From the NCBI GenBank assembly GCA_963693365.1, contig CAVNZM010000015.1, positions 868,001-932,000 on the forward strand: DNA of 64,000 nucleotides, in the 5' to 3' direction. The position numbers were made by a program, and so were the translations under genes. Below are positions 1 to 11,805 of this stretch, piece after piece (the first letter of the stretch is position 1; every line of letters begins with the position of its first letter). This DNA is from Amoebidium appalachense (taxonomy: Eukaryota; Protista; Ichthyosporea). The notes below the pieces were generated by a model. The model worked only from the letters and a program-made list of their open reading frames with translations, made no database searches and was not told the origin of the DNA.

Positions 1-499
1 GTCTGCTGCTACGAACGAGGCCCTATGGCTCAACTATGTGATGGACGACCTGGGCCTTAATCCTATCAATGAGCCCACCCCGGTGCCCATCCATGGGGAC
101 AATGAGTCTGCCCGGGCCCTGCTGGACACCCTGGGGGTTAAGCCCAAGACCAAGCACATCGACGTCCGCTACTGCTCCGTCAAGGAACATCACCTGCTGG
201 GCAACATCACTGTGGTCCCGGTGGCTTCTGCTGACAACAAGGCCGACATGTTCACCAAGGCCCTGTCTGCCTCTTTCTTCACCAAGGCCGTGGGGATGCT
301 CAACATGTGCTGAGCACCCGTCATCAACCAACTGCGCCCTCATACTTCAGGGGGGGGGAGAGAGTTGCATCCGACTGTGCAACTACGTGTACCATACTAA
401 AATTGAGTAGGGGAATCTTTATTGTCTGTATTTTGTGCACCTGAAGCACTCGAGCTCAGTTGCATTAATTCATACCACAATTATCCAATTGAGTAGGGG

Positions 500-1264
500 T
501 GTTGGAGTACACTGGTACTCCCGGCTAGCAATGTCTGTTAGAGAAAGTTTCTGAGCAATTGAATAACTGTTTCAACACTCACTCGAGTGCATAGAGCTTT
601 TGTTTACGGTCATATTCATATATGGTAGTTATATGTTTGAGCCAAAACTGTACCAATGACGAGCTTCACTAGCAACGTGCTAATTGTGCTCATTAATTAA
701 TATTCCCGGTTCAGATGATGTCATGTCTATATTTGCCACAGGATTCTATTCTTAGAGTGGTAGTGTGCTTTATTCCCGGATATTCTCAGAATATTTTTAG
801 TTGTGTGAAGCAAGATTTACGTTTAACTGCAATTGGTGTGTTAAACACGTTTATTTGTGTGCTTTAGTGCAAGTTAACTAGCCACTCAACGTGCACAGTT
901 AACTTTTATATCTTTAACGACTTGTTTTCATTGTGCTCTCTTTTCGGCCATGCTGTACATGGCCCACCACCAGGGTGCACACGAGGCCACCATGAGGTGG
1001 CCAACGACTATATAAAGCAGTGCCTCCCATGTCACAAACATGGGAAGCAGAACGTTTGATTTACACTTTTCTACTGTCGTTTCCAGTGCACAAAACACAT
1101 AGACTAGTTACCCATCATACACGACACTATGTCTGACAACTTACAGTTGCAGCAACTAGTCCAACTACTGGAGCAGAGGTTGGCCTCACAAGATGCAATC
1201 ATTTCTGACTTACAGAAGGAACAACGTGCACTAGAACTAGCTTCTATGAACACAATGTCCAACA
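500..1264 (+). repeat. LTR (765 bp), serving as 3' LTR of the upstream copy and 5' LTR of the full copy
   Basis: Starts TGTTGGA after the purine run GAGTAGGGG and ends TCCAACA before the PBS. AT-rich compared with the GC-rich internal region. Confidence 0.92.
1009..1016 (+). promoter_or_regulatory. LTR TATA box (second copy at 6125-6132)
   Basis: TATATAAA 120 bp upstream of the gag ATG, flanked by inverted repeats. Confidence 0.65.
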
Positions 1265-4200
1265 GGGTTATGGGCCCCTCACGTAATGATTCCATCAAGT
1301 TCAAGGTCGACATCCCTCTCTTCACTGGCATTGATAATGATTCAGGCACGGACTACCACACATGGGCCGAAACCATGTATGTCCAGCTTTCTGGTGCTGG
1401 TCTTCTCCACACCATCGCGCCCAGTACGGAGCACCCGGCTACCCGTGAACAGGTCGACACTGCCCGTTCCTACCTGTGGCAAGCACTCTCGGTTGACGTG
1501 CGTTGTATCCTAGGGTTAACACGCACCACCACACCTGCGGAGATATGGTCGGCCCTATCTGCCCACTACCTGGAGCAATCTGAGGCCAATCAGTACGACC
1601 TTATCGGGCTGTACATGAATTCTACGCCTGAACCTACGGACACCGCGACGAAATACGCCATGAAACTCCGCGGCTACGTGCGGCGCCTGGCCGATTACGG
1701 CACACAAATTGGTGATGCTCAAGTGCTGACCAAGCTCACCAACGACCTCGGCAAGGTGCCTTACTACGAAATGCCTGTAATTGCCTACAAGATGACACCC
1801 AAGCCTACCGTGATGGGCCTCCTCCAACAGCTACGGGCATATGAGACCAGCCACCCACGTGCACGTGTGACTACCAGCTCCGGGCCGGCCGCCTTCACCA
1901 CACGGGCTCCTCAACCTGTCATCTGCCACGGCTGCGGCAAACCAGGCCACATCAAGTCTCAGTGCCCCAACGGCAACGGCCAACACAGCAACTCTGGCAA
2001 CAACCGTGGCAGCACCTACCCCAAGGGTTCCTGCGTCAACCACCCACTGTCTACCAGTCACACTACCGCCATGTGCAAGGGGGGCAACCGTGCCAACGGC
2101 CGCAAACCTAAGGGTGGTCCCCTCCCGCCTGGGTCCTGCATCAACCACCCTGCCTCTACTACCCACACTACGGCACAGTGCAAGGGGGGGGCTGCCGCTC
2201 CCCGGGCTTTCCTCATGTCTAGCAACGACTGTGGCACCAACAAGGTGCTCCTCGACTCTGGAGCCACTGACCATGTGTGCCCCCGGCCCGATGTGTTCAT
2301 CAACATGCGTGCGGCGCCTTACTCCACGGTCCAAGTAGCCGACAAGGGTGCATGTGCAGTGCTTGGGGTGGGCGACGTGTTCTTTTCCAGCACCATCGAC
2401 GGCGTTACTGCGGTGCATCAGCTGACGGATGTACTCTACGTGCCCTCCATCCCCGACACTCTCATCAGTGTGTTCACGGCAACTACCAACGGTGTTTTAC
2501 CCCGCTTTGACACCCGCGGCGGCGTTAAGTTGTGCTACGGCGATCAAATTCTGGCCACCGGCTCGGCTGTCGGCACCAAGCTGTACCACATGGCGGTGTC
2601 TCTTCTGCGCGCGGACACAACCCCGGACGCCCAAACCACCACTGCTCCGCGTATCCTCAAGGTTACTGCCGACCTCAACACGTGGCACTACCGTCTGGGC
2701 CATGCTGGCATTGACGCTGTACGCTCGGTCATCAAGTCTGCAGGCCTGTTGGTGGGTGGCGGTGCCAAGTCTCCGGGTGTGTGTGAGCCCTGTGCCCTCG
2801 GCAAAGCCCACCGTGTTGCCTTCTCCGAATCAACTAGCCAAGCTCCCCGGGTCCTAGCCAAGGTTCACAGCGACATCAGCGGCCCCTTCCCTCCCGCGAT
2901 CGGTGGTGCTCAGTACTTGGCGACGTTCCACGACGAATTCACCGGCCACACCACGGCCGTGCCCCTCGTCAAGAAGTCGGACACACTGGCTGCATATGTG
3001 ACGTACCACAAGGCGGCGGTTACCCAACACGGTGTTCCCATGCAGGTGTTTCAGTCCGACGGGGGGGGGGCGAGTACATGGGCACGGCCTTCGGGGACTA
3101 CAATCGTGAGCATGGCATTCGCCATCAGATCACTACCACCGGCTCTCCTCAACAGAATGGGACTGCCGAACGACTGAACCGGACCCTCCTCGACATGGTT
3201 CGGGCACTCCTGCAGCAGTCCGGCCTTCCGGTGGGATTCTGGGCCGAGGCAGCTGTGACCGCGGCTTTTATACGCAACATGCTCCCGTCGCGAGCCACCG
3301 GCAGCCAATCGTCTCCCGCCCTGCTGTGGACCGGCATTCCTCCCGACTACAGCCGGCTCCGTGTCTGGGGCTCTCCCTGCTACGTCCATCAACAGGATAC
3401 ACCGAAACTGGCGCCTCGTGCCGTCAAGGGCATCTTCGTGGGCTACCCTCCTAACATCAAGGGCTACAAGGTCTGGATTCCAGCAGCACACAAGATGACC
3501 GTCAGCCGTGACGTGCAGTTCGACGAGGCTGCTATTCTGCACCCCCTCCGTGATGTCCCATCTGATTGGTCGACCGCACCGGCAATTCATCATTTTTTGG
3601 AGTCATCTGATTCGTCAAATCAGCCAGCCAATCACATCGTCCGGAATGATCAGCAATCTGATTCGTCTCGTCTGTCAGCCAATGGGACAGCGCCGAGTGA
3701 TCAATTGGACATTCCGATCCTGCCCGAGCCTGCACATCGGCTCCCCCGGACGACCCGTAGTGGCGCTGTGTACAACGACCAACGTCGATGCCCGACTGCC
3801 AACGTGGCTGCTGCTACGGCCCCCCTTGCCCCCCAGGCTACGGCTCCTGCATCAACACCCATCAAGGCTTCCACCATTGTTGTCCCCAAGACTGTCCGGG
3901 CTGCACTCAAGAGTCCCCAGCGTCTGAAATGGGAGGAGGCTGCACACCGTGAGCTCAAGGCCCTGGAAGACAACGGCACCTTCACCCTTGTGCCCCGTCC
4001 AGAGGATGGCTCCACTGTCATTCCGGTCGGCTGGGTCTTTACGGTCAAGCAGGACAACGTCGGCAACGTCACTGCTTTCAAGGCCCGGCTTGTGGCCCGG
4101 GGCAACTACCAGCAGCCTGGCCAGGACTATTTCGTCACCGAGTCACCTGTGGCTGCGCTGGCTACCATCCGGCTGGTTTTGGCTACCTCCGTGGCCCAAG

Positions 4201-5429
4201 GTCTGCCTCTGCGCCACATCGACGTCAACACAGCATTCCTCAACGGCACCGTCAACGAGACCATCTACATTGAGCAGCCCCCTGGCTTCGTCAACCCCTC
4301 GGCCCCCCATGCTGTCGGCTTGCTCCACAAGGCGCTCTACGGCCTAAAACAGGCACCGCGCCAGTGGTATGAGGCCCTCCGTGACCATCTCCTCGACCAA
4401 GGCTTCATTGTGAGTGCTGCTGACCCGTGCCTGTTCATCAAGAATGCCGGGACCCCAACATTTATTGCCCTTGCTGCCTACGTGGATGACTTCACCGTGA
4501 CGGCCGCCACTGATGCGCTCATCGACGATTTTTTCACCAAGCTGGATGCTCGTTTCTCTGCCAAGGACCTGGGTCGTCCTACCCTGCTCATCGGGCACAC
4601 TCTTACCTGGCTGGAGGACGGGTCTCTGCGTCTGGGCCATCGTCAACACATCATCGACTTGGCTGCCCGTTTTCGTCTCACCCACATGTCCGGCACCAAG
4701 ACCCCCATCGTCCCGGGCCAGGCCAGTGAAAGCAACAAGACCCCAGCCTACAGCAAGAAGGAGGACTATGCCAGCCTGGTCGGTGCCCTGCTGTGGATTG
4801 CGCGTACCACCCGCCCCGACATTTCCCAGGCTCTGGGAGTCCTTACTCGACACATTCATGCGCCCACCGTCACCCACTGGACTATGGCTACCAGAGTTGT
4901 AAGCTACCTGCTGGCCACCATCGACCTGGGTATTGTCTACCGTCCCGGCCCCCCCAACCTTGTTGGCTACTCCGACTCCGACTACGCCGAGGACCGCGAC
5001 ACCCGGCGCTCCACCACGGGCTATGTCTTCTTCATAAACTCCTCCCCTGTGTCCTGGGTGTCTCGGCTCCAGTCCATCACCACCCACAGCTCCACTGAGG
5101 CTGAATTTGTGGCCATGTCTGCTGCTACGAACGAGGCCCTATGGCTCAACTATGTGATGGACGACCTGGGCCTTAATCCTATCAATGAGCCCACCCCGGT
5201 GCCCATCCATGGGGACAATGAGTCTGCCCGGGCCCTGCTGGACACCCTGGGGGTTAAGCCCAAGACCAAGCACATCGACGTCCGCTACTGCTCCGTCAAG
5301 GAACATCACCTGCTGGGCAACATCACTGTGGTCCCGGTGGCTTCTGCTGACAACAAGGCCGACATGTTCACCAAGGCCCTGTCTGCCTCTTTCTTCACCA
5401 AGGCCGTGGGGATGCTCAACATGTGCTGA
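1129..5429 (+). CDS. Copia Gag-Pol polyprotein, split by a frameshift in a G10 run at 3061-3070
   Basis: CCHC knuckle CHGCGKPGHIKSQC; protease LLDSGATDH; WHYRLGH...CEPC; integrase HSDISGP / SDGGG(EY) / QQNGTAER and IKGYK; RT YVDD; RNase H YSDSD, TEAE, ADMFTK. G8 instead of G10 restores SDGGGEYM and a single ORF. Confidence 0.93.
1266..1277 (+). promoter_or_regulatory. Primer-binding site, half-molecule initiator tRNA-Met type
   Basis: GGTTATGGGCCC one nucleotide after the LTR end, matching the Drosophila copia-type PBS that pairs with the anticodon arm of tRNA-iMet. Confidence 0.88.
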
Positions 5430-5606
5430 GCACCCGTCATCAACCAACTGCGCCCTCATACTTCAGGGGGGGGGAGAGAGTTGCATCCGACTGTGCAACT
5501 ACGTGTACCATACTAAAATTGAGTAGGGGAATCTTTATTGTCTGTATTTTGTGCACCTGAAGCACTCGAGCTCAGTTGCATTAATTCATACCACAATTAT
5601 CCAATT

Positions 5607-5615
5607 GAGTAGGGG
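5607..5615 (+). promoter_or_regulatory. Polypurine tract
   Basis: GAGTAGGGG directly before the TG of the 3' LTR (also at 491-499). Confidence 0.75.
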
Positions 5616-6380
5616 TGTTGGAGTACACTGGTACTCCCGGCTAGCAATGTCTGTTAGAGAAAGTTTCTGAGCAATTGAATAACTGTTTCAACACTCACTC
5701 GAGTGCATAGAGCTTTTGTTTACGGTCATATTCATATATGGTAGTTATATGTTTGAGCCAAAACTGTACCAATGACGAGCTTCACTAGCAACGTGCTAAT
5801 TGTGCTCATTAATTAATATTCCCGGTTCAGATGATGTCATGTCTATATTTGCCACAGGATTCTATTCTTAGAGTGGTAGTGTGCTTTATTCCCGGATATT
5901 CTCAGAATATTTTTAGTTGTGTGAAGCAAGATTTACGTTTAACTGCAATTGGTGTGTTAAACACGTTTATTTGTGTGCTTTAGTGCAAGTTAACTAGCCA
6001 CTCAACGTGCACAGTTAACTTTTATATCTTTAACGACTTGTTTTCATTGTGCTCTCTTTTCGGCCATGCTGTACATGGCCCACCACCAGGGTGCACACGA
6101 GGCCACCATGAGGTGGCCAACGACTATATAAAGCAGTGCCTCCCATGTCACAAACATGGGAAGCAGAACGTTTGATTTACACTTTTCTACTGTCGTTTCC
6201 AGTGCACAAAACACATAGACTAGTTACCCATCATACACGACACTATGTCTGACAACTTACAGTTGCAGCAACTAGTCCAACTACTGGAGCAGAGGTTGGC
6301 CTCACAAGATGCAATCATTTCTGACTTACAGAAGGAACAACGTGCACTAGAACTAGCTTCTATGAACACAATGTCCAACA
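5616..6380 (+). repeat. Terminal 3' LTR of the array
   Basis: Same sequence as 500-1264. Identity ends after TCCAACAG and is followed by host coding sequence instead of a PBS. Confidence 0.93.
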
Positions 6381-7096
6381 GTTTGCTCTCTACATTGTTG
6401 AGAAAATGTTGCACGCATCCGGTCACTTCCACGCACACGGAGCTTTTTCAAACACGGGCACGGTTCAACACGATGACGCTGCGGTTTCTTCAAATTCTAC
6501 CCCTGCTTCTACCTATGCACAGAACGTTAACAACGCCGGCGTCGGCAGCGTACACGTGTCCAAAGAAGGAAATTTAAAGAGCGAAGATGTCGCCGTTGGC
6601 AACTCGGCCGCGATTGATATTGGTTCTTCCACACCCACTACGTCATGCTCAGAGTCGATTAAAGGTACAGGCCCGTTCGGCCTTTTCCCCACGTGGCAAG
6701 ACACAACAACGGTTGCGTGGGTGGTGTTGATTGGTGATGCGGCGCATAATTTTGTCGACGGGATTGCTCTCGGGGCGGCGTTCCACGTGAGTGTGAGTAC
6801 TGGCCTGAGCACGGCTCTGGCTGTGGTCCTCCATGAGATTCCGCAGGAGCTCGGTAAGAATTGTCCCGGGCTATCATGTACTCACATTATTAGTGGTGTT
6901 GCTGATGGCGGATAAACAGTGTGAGTACTCGTAATGGGAACACGAGTCTGTATGAGTCGGAAGTCCGGCATGCGTAATTAAACTTCACTCCGATTGAGAT
7001 TGACATGCTCGTAGTAACTTTTGAACAATATTGGCTTCGGTATGGCGAGAGGGTCATTGCAGCTTGCGACGGTGGCCCCCCTCTTACCCCCCTCTT

Positions 7097-7127
<31 letters not shown>

Positions 7128-7600
7128 CCACACACACGCACAAAAAAAAAAAAAGGCATTTTTGCCCACTGCCACCATGTCCAGGTCCTCTCACCCACCG
7201 GGTGAACGTGCATGGGCCTAGCCTCCCCCCCCCCCTCCCCCCCCCCCCCCCCACACACACACACAGCACACGTTTCCTATAATGCTCTTAACTTGGGCTA
7301 TTGTTTTAAAACTTAACTAACGTCCTCCGTGCATGCAATTCCCAACCATTTCCGTGCAGCGGACTTTGGCATCCTGACCAGCAACGGCTTCAGCTGGCAC
7401 CAAGCACTCATGTTCAACTTTCTCTCCGCCCTCACCTGCCTGGTTGGGGTGGTGATTGGTGTGGAGACAAGCACAGAGGCCCAGCCGTGGATTATTATGT
7501 TCACGGCAGGCATGTTCATCTACATCAGTCTTTATGATATGGTACGAACACGCTCTCCCCCACCCTCCCCCCTTCCCTTCCCTTCCCTTCCCCCCCCTCC

Positions 7601-7631
<31 letters not shown>

Positions 7632-7839
7632 ACACACACACCCACACACACACAACAAACACATACATACTCCTCCACCACCACCACTACCACTAGACCA
7701 CCACCACGTACCACCCCTCCTCTTTGCCCCTCCCATCCAAAAAAATTCCATGCCCATCCCCCACTCACCACCACCACCACCACCACCCCCTCTCCTGCTC
7801 CCCGCACCCAAAAAACGTCCAACTTGAAGGAGGTAAATT

Positions 7840-7872
<33 letters not shown>

Positions 7873-8017
7873 GTTGAAGTGCTGGTCAAACGGTATGTGA
7901 ACCTCGGATTTGGTGGCCGGAACTCGAGCGAATGAGCACACTTCCACTGTGTATCACTCCATCTAGTCACTGCAATACGTATACACTGAACCTCGGTAGA
8001 CCAATGTCATGGGGAAA

Positions 8018-8069
<52 letters not shown>

Positions 8070-8322
8070 GCAATGTGTAGCGTCACAACTTAACCAACTA
8101 TAATGCTGTTCAAGTACCATATAGAAATAATAAATTAACGGTTCGGTAAGAGTGATACTAATGCTATCCAAACAGCTTCCCCAGCTCAGCCAGCCCCACC
8201 TCCAAGACAAGGCACGCCCCGTGATGACTAGTGCCGTGCAGTACCTTGGCCTGGGCATTGGGTGGGTTGCCATGCTGCTGATGGGCCTGTATGAAGAGAA
8301 TATCACCGTGTCCCTTTCTTAG
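6381..8322 (+). CDS. ZIP/SLC39 (LIV-1-type) zinc/metal transporter, 3' part; 5' part separated by the retrotransposon array
   Basis: Exons about 6381-6853, 7360-7541 and 8176-8322 with GT-AG introns and consistent phases. Peptides: [10 protein letters not shown], His loop [17 protein letters not shown] (TM4), HEIPQELADF (TM5), [23 protein letters not shown]. Confidence 0.9.
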
Positions 8323-8368
8323 GCCGAGGTTTCAAGGTCAACTTGCGGTGTTGGGAAACAATGTCCAT

Positions 8369-8500
8369 TAAAATGTTTCTTCATAAACATATTCACCTGA
8401 ATCTCGAATCTTTCTTATGTTCATTACATAAAATTTTTCTTCATAAACATATAGTATTCACCTGAATTTCGAATCTTTCTTATGTAACAGTTCATTACAA
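8369..8500. repeat. About 63-bp imperfect tandem duplication in the ZIP 3' flank
   Basis: ttcttcataaacata...ttcacctgaat(c/t)tcgaatctttcttatgt occurs twice. Confidence 0.8.
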
Positions 8501-9099
8501 TATTTCTTTGCGTGACTCAAGTTGTGAAACGGAGTAGCTAAAAGTTTCATTCGTTTTTTTGTGTATTGCCTTCATTAGCTCAGCTGGCTAGGATGCCCAC
8601 TTCGATATCTTATTTCCGTTGTCTGTGTGCGAATGGTGTGCTGAGTGGGCGTACACATGTTCCACCATGCACGTATGCGGCAAGACTCTTAAGGCATGGT
8701 ATAGTTCTCTAAATCGAGGCAGAAAGACACAACTTTTTTTTTTTTTTTTTTCCCCTTTGTTTTCCCTGCTCGAGAAGATCGGAGGCTTACCTTATACAAA
8801 TGATTATAAGCTTAGTGCATGAAAACCCTCGTTATTGAATTATGTAGTAGATCATCTCTAGGTCCGAAGTCTTTTTATTTTGGTGGAAAGGTATCAATCT
8901 ACATTCAAAAACCTTCCCTTTCAATTTTTAAGTACGTAATGAATTGTGCTGTTCAGGTACTGCGTCAGCATTCCATTCTGCCGAGGAACTCCTGAAATGA
9001 ACACTTGTCCATAGCATATTTACCTTAGACTATGCGGGTGTTCGTGCGTGAAGTACGTGATAATGTGCATGCGGCATGTCCGCCGCCGGGGAGGCTCCC

Positions 9100-9130
<31 letters not shown>

Positions 9131-9878
9131 AAAAAAAAAAAAAAAACAATTGAAAAAAAGAAAAATCAAAAATCAAAAAACTGTTCCTGGAAGTCAATGT
9201 GTAGGCATGAGCATCGATTGCAAAACTTCCCCTCCCCAACTTAGCCCCCCCCCTCCCCCCCCTCCGCCCTCTCCGGATCCCGCTATGACTCTTTCCATTG
9301 AAGCAGCATCGTATTACCCCTGGCCCTTTTTCTGCTCATCAGGTCCCCCCCCCCCCCCCCCTCCCCCTTCTCCCCCCTCTTCTCCCCTTCCTCCCTTTAC
9401 CACGATCAGAAGCAGCAGCCGCACCCCTACCTCTGCACATACAAGCCTGAAACCAGGGATAATCCTATCCCCGTTCAAATTCTGTGTTGTTTAACAGGAT
9501 CGACCTCCTTCTTGCTAGATAATAAAAATTACATTGATACACTCCCTCCACTATTACCTAAATTTCTCTCGGCCATCTCTGGGTCCCCCACCCCCCCCCC
9601 CCCCTCCATCCCTCACCTCGGCCCCCCCACTCGGGTCAACAAGGAAAAAATACCAGAATCATTATAATCCTGAGATTTTTTTTTGCAGGAATTCAAATAT
9701 GAAGCAATTAAACTGGGGGGAGGGGGGGTTTCTTTCTTTTTTTCTTTCTTTCTTTTTGCTGTGTGTGTGTGTGTGTGTGTTGCCCCCCCCCCCCCCCCCC
9801 CCCCCCCACAAAAAAAAAAAAAAGAAAGAAAAAAAAGGAGAAGATTCATTTTTTGACCGTGTGTGTGTGACGGTGTGA

Positions 9879-9910
<32 letters not shown>

Positions 9911-10046
9911 GTGGGGTGGGGGGGAAGCATGTTGTGTTCGTGTATTTTTCTGTTTTCCTTTAGTAAACTGTGCCTGTGTTTTTTTACCGAAGTTTTTATA
10001 GTTCTATAGGTAAAGCCTCGACAAACTTTAGAGAGGTGTGCTTTGT

Positions 10047-10100
<54 letters not shown>

Positions 10101-10561
10101 GGGGGAGGGGGAGGGGGGGGGAGGGGATACGTGTGGAGGGAGATGAGAGGTGCACAAGAACAGTCACACTTGTGTTCTATGATACCGTGAACTTAACTAC
10201 CATAAACGTGACATAACCTTTGCCCTTGGATTTGCTAGCTGTTAGAGATATGATAGTACAAGTTGCACCGTACACGTCTGAGGCGCACACGTTATATGCA
10301 ATGTGTCACGTGGTTTCAACACATAAAAGAATGCTGCCTGCCGCTAGGCTCGTATCTTTTTTTAATGTTTCTTTTCTTTTTATGTAATCGCATTTTGTTC
10401 CCGGAGAGACCCTCAGAGGAACTACGGTCTTCCAGCCAGCACCGACTATACTCTAGCTAATGTTCTATGGTGCCATCAGCTAAGCTAACACACCATTACC
10501 GATCCTTAGGCTATTTGTACACACACAGCCCAGGGTTTTCACCCTAGCCTCGCCGGTGGGT

Positions 10562-10619
10562 AAGTCCGTTAGTAATGGACAAAAGAAATCAAGTCCGTTA
10601 GTAATGGACAAAAGAAATC
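10562..10619. repeat. Perfect 29-bp tandem duplication
   Basis: aagtccgttagtaatggacaaaagaaatc x2. Confidence 0.9.
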
Positions 10620-11043
10620 TAAACCGGCAAATACAGTATGTGGCCCAATGCACCCCCGCCCCCCTCCCCCCCCCGGAGGGGGGCCTGCTCCTGCACCACC
10701 ATGAAATTAAAAAAACACAAAAGCACCGTGTAATACGGCCGTATGGATGGATGAAGGGGGCACCCCCCCCCCCCCCCCCCCCCCCTCCTCCCCTCCCCTC
10801 GTCAGAGTTCTTCCTCCCTCTAGGAGATGCATGCATATGAGCGGATGGGCCCAATTGACTGGGTATACGTAGGGGTCGTGATGCCGTGAAAAATAACCTT
10901 TCCAGAGGGTGTGCCTGGCGAGTTTTTCGGAGAATCATGTGTGCGTGTGTGTGTGTGTGTGTGTGTGCACGTGTGTGTGTAACTCTGTAGGTGTGTGTGT
11001 GTCACGTGTACATACTGTGTACACGCGTGTGTAAATGTACATG

Positions 11044-11134
<91 letters not shown>

Positions 11135-11159
11135 TGTGTGTGTCACGGGGTGAGTGTGT

Positions 11160-11196
<37 letters not shown>

Positions 11197-11312
11197 TGTG
11201 TGTAGTCAACATGTAGTGATGAGGTGAAAATCAACCCCAGTGTGCCAGCAAACATGATCCTCCCTTTTTCAGTCCCCCCTTATATCCCCCCCCCCCCCCC
11301 CCCCCCCCCCCT

Positions 11313-11805
11313 GTCACAGGAAATTTTTTCACCGGGAAATTTTTGCACTAGATCGTCTCCCTAGACTGTGTAGAAAATGGCTACCTAACCGTGATCCAAA
11401 CGGAGTTCTGACTCTGTTCTGGTTTTCTAACATTTTTTGCCCCGTTTAAGTGGTTATGTGTTTCCCTTTAAATTTGAATTTCGACTCTATGCTGAATATC
11501 GTCACTAACTTACGGTCAACCTTCCACTTGGAATCAATGCCCTTCTCCCCCCCCCCCTCCCCCCCTCCCGCCTCCCCCCCCCCCCCCCCCGCTGTAACGG
11601 GGGGTTTAGGGGGACACAATGCTGACTTTCTTTGGCTGCCCCAAAATATGCTAGAAACTCAACAAAACAGCTATTAGAAACGTTCTATTCATATTTAAGT
11701 GCTAACATGATATGATGAGCACGAAAATACCCAGTGAAAACCCCATTGACATAATCACATGAATCTCCAGTGCAAAAATTCCCCGGTGCAAAAACTTCCT
11801 GTGAC
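11313..11805. mobile_element. MITE-like element with about 39-bp terminal inverted repeats
   Basis: Left gtcacaggaaattttttcaccgggaaatttttgcact is the near reverse complement of right agtgcaaaaattccccggtgcaaaaacttcctgtgac. No ORF; both flanks are poly-C, so the TSD cannot be read. Confidence 0.72.

Larger units (their letters stand above)
1..1264 (+). mobile_element. 3' part of an upstream tandem copy of a Ty1/copia retrotransposon (RNase H end, 3' UTR, shared LTR)
   Basis: 1-1265 matches 5117-6381 with no difference seen by eye (period 5116 bp). RNase H tail (KHIDVRY...ADMFTKAL) stops at 313. Confidence 0.95.
500..6380 (+). mobile_element. Full-length Ty1/copia (Pseudoviridae) LTR retrotransposon
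   Basis: LTRs 500-1264 and 5616-6380 with TGTTGGA...TCCAACA termini. PBS follows the 5' LTR and a PPT precedes the 3' LTR. Domain order is Gag-PR-INT-RT-RH. Confidence 0.96.

Noticed and set aside
3061-3080. Programmed gag-pol ribosomal frameshift
   Set aside because: The break is inside the integrase core at a G homopolymer, not at the gag/protease boundary.
1555-5459. Antisense and alternative-frame ORFs in the retrotransposon
   Set aside because: Expected shadows of GC-rich coding sequence, with no recognisable motifs.
6245-6577. In-frame Gag-ZIP fusion protein
   Set aside because: The gag frame (6245) differs from the ZIP frame (6382/6406), and the chimeric ORF stops at 6577.
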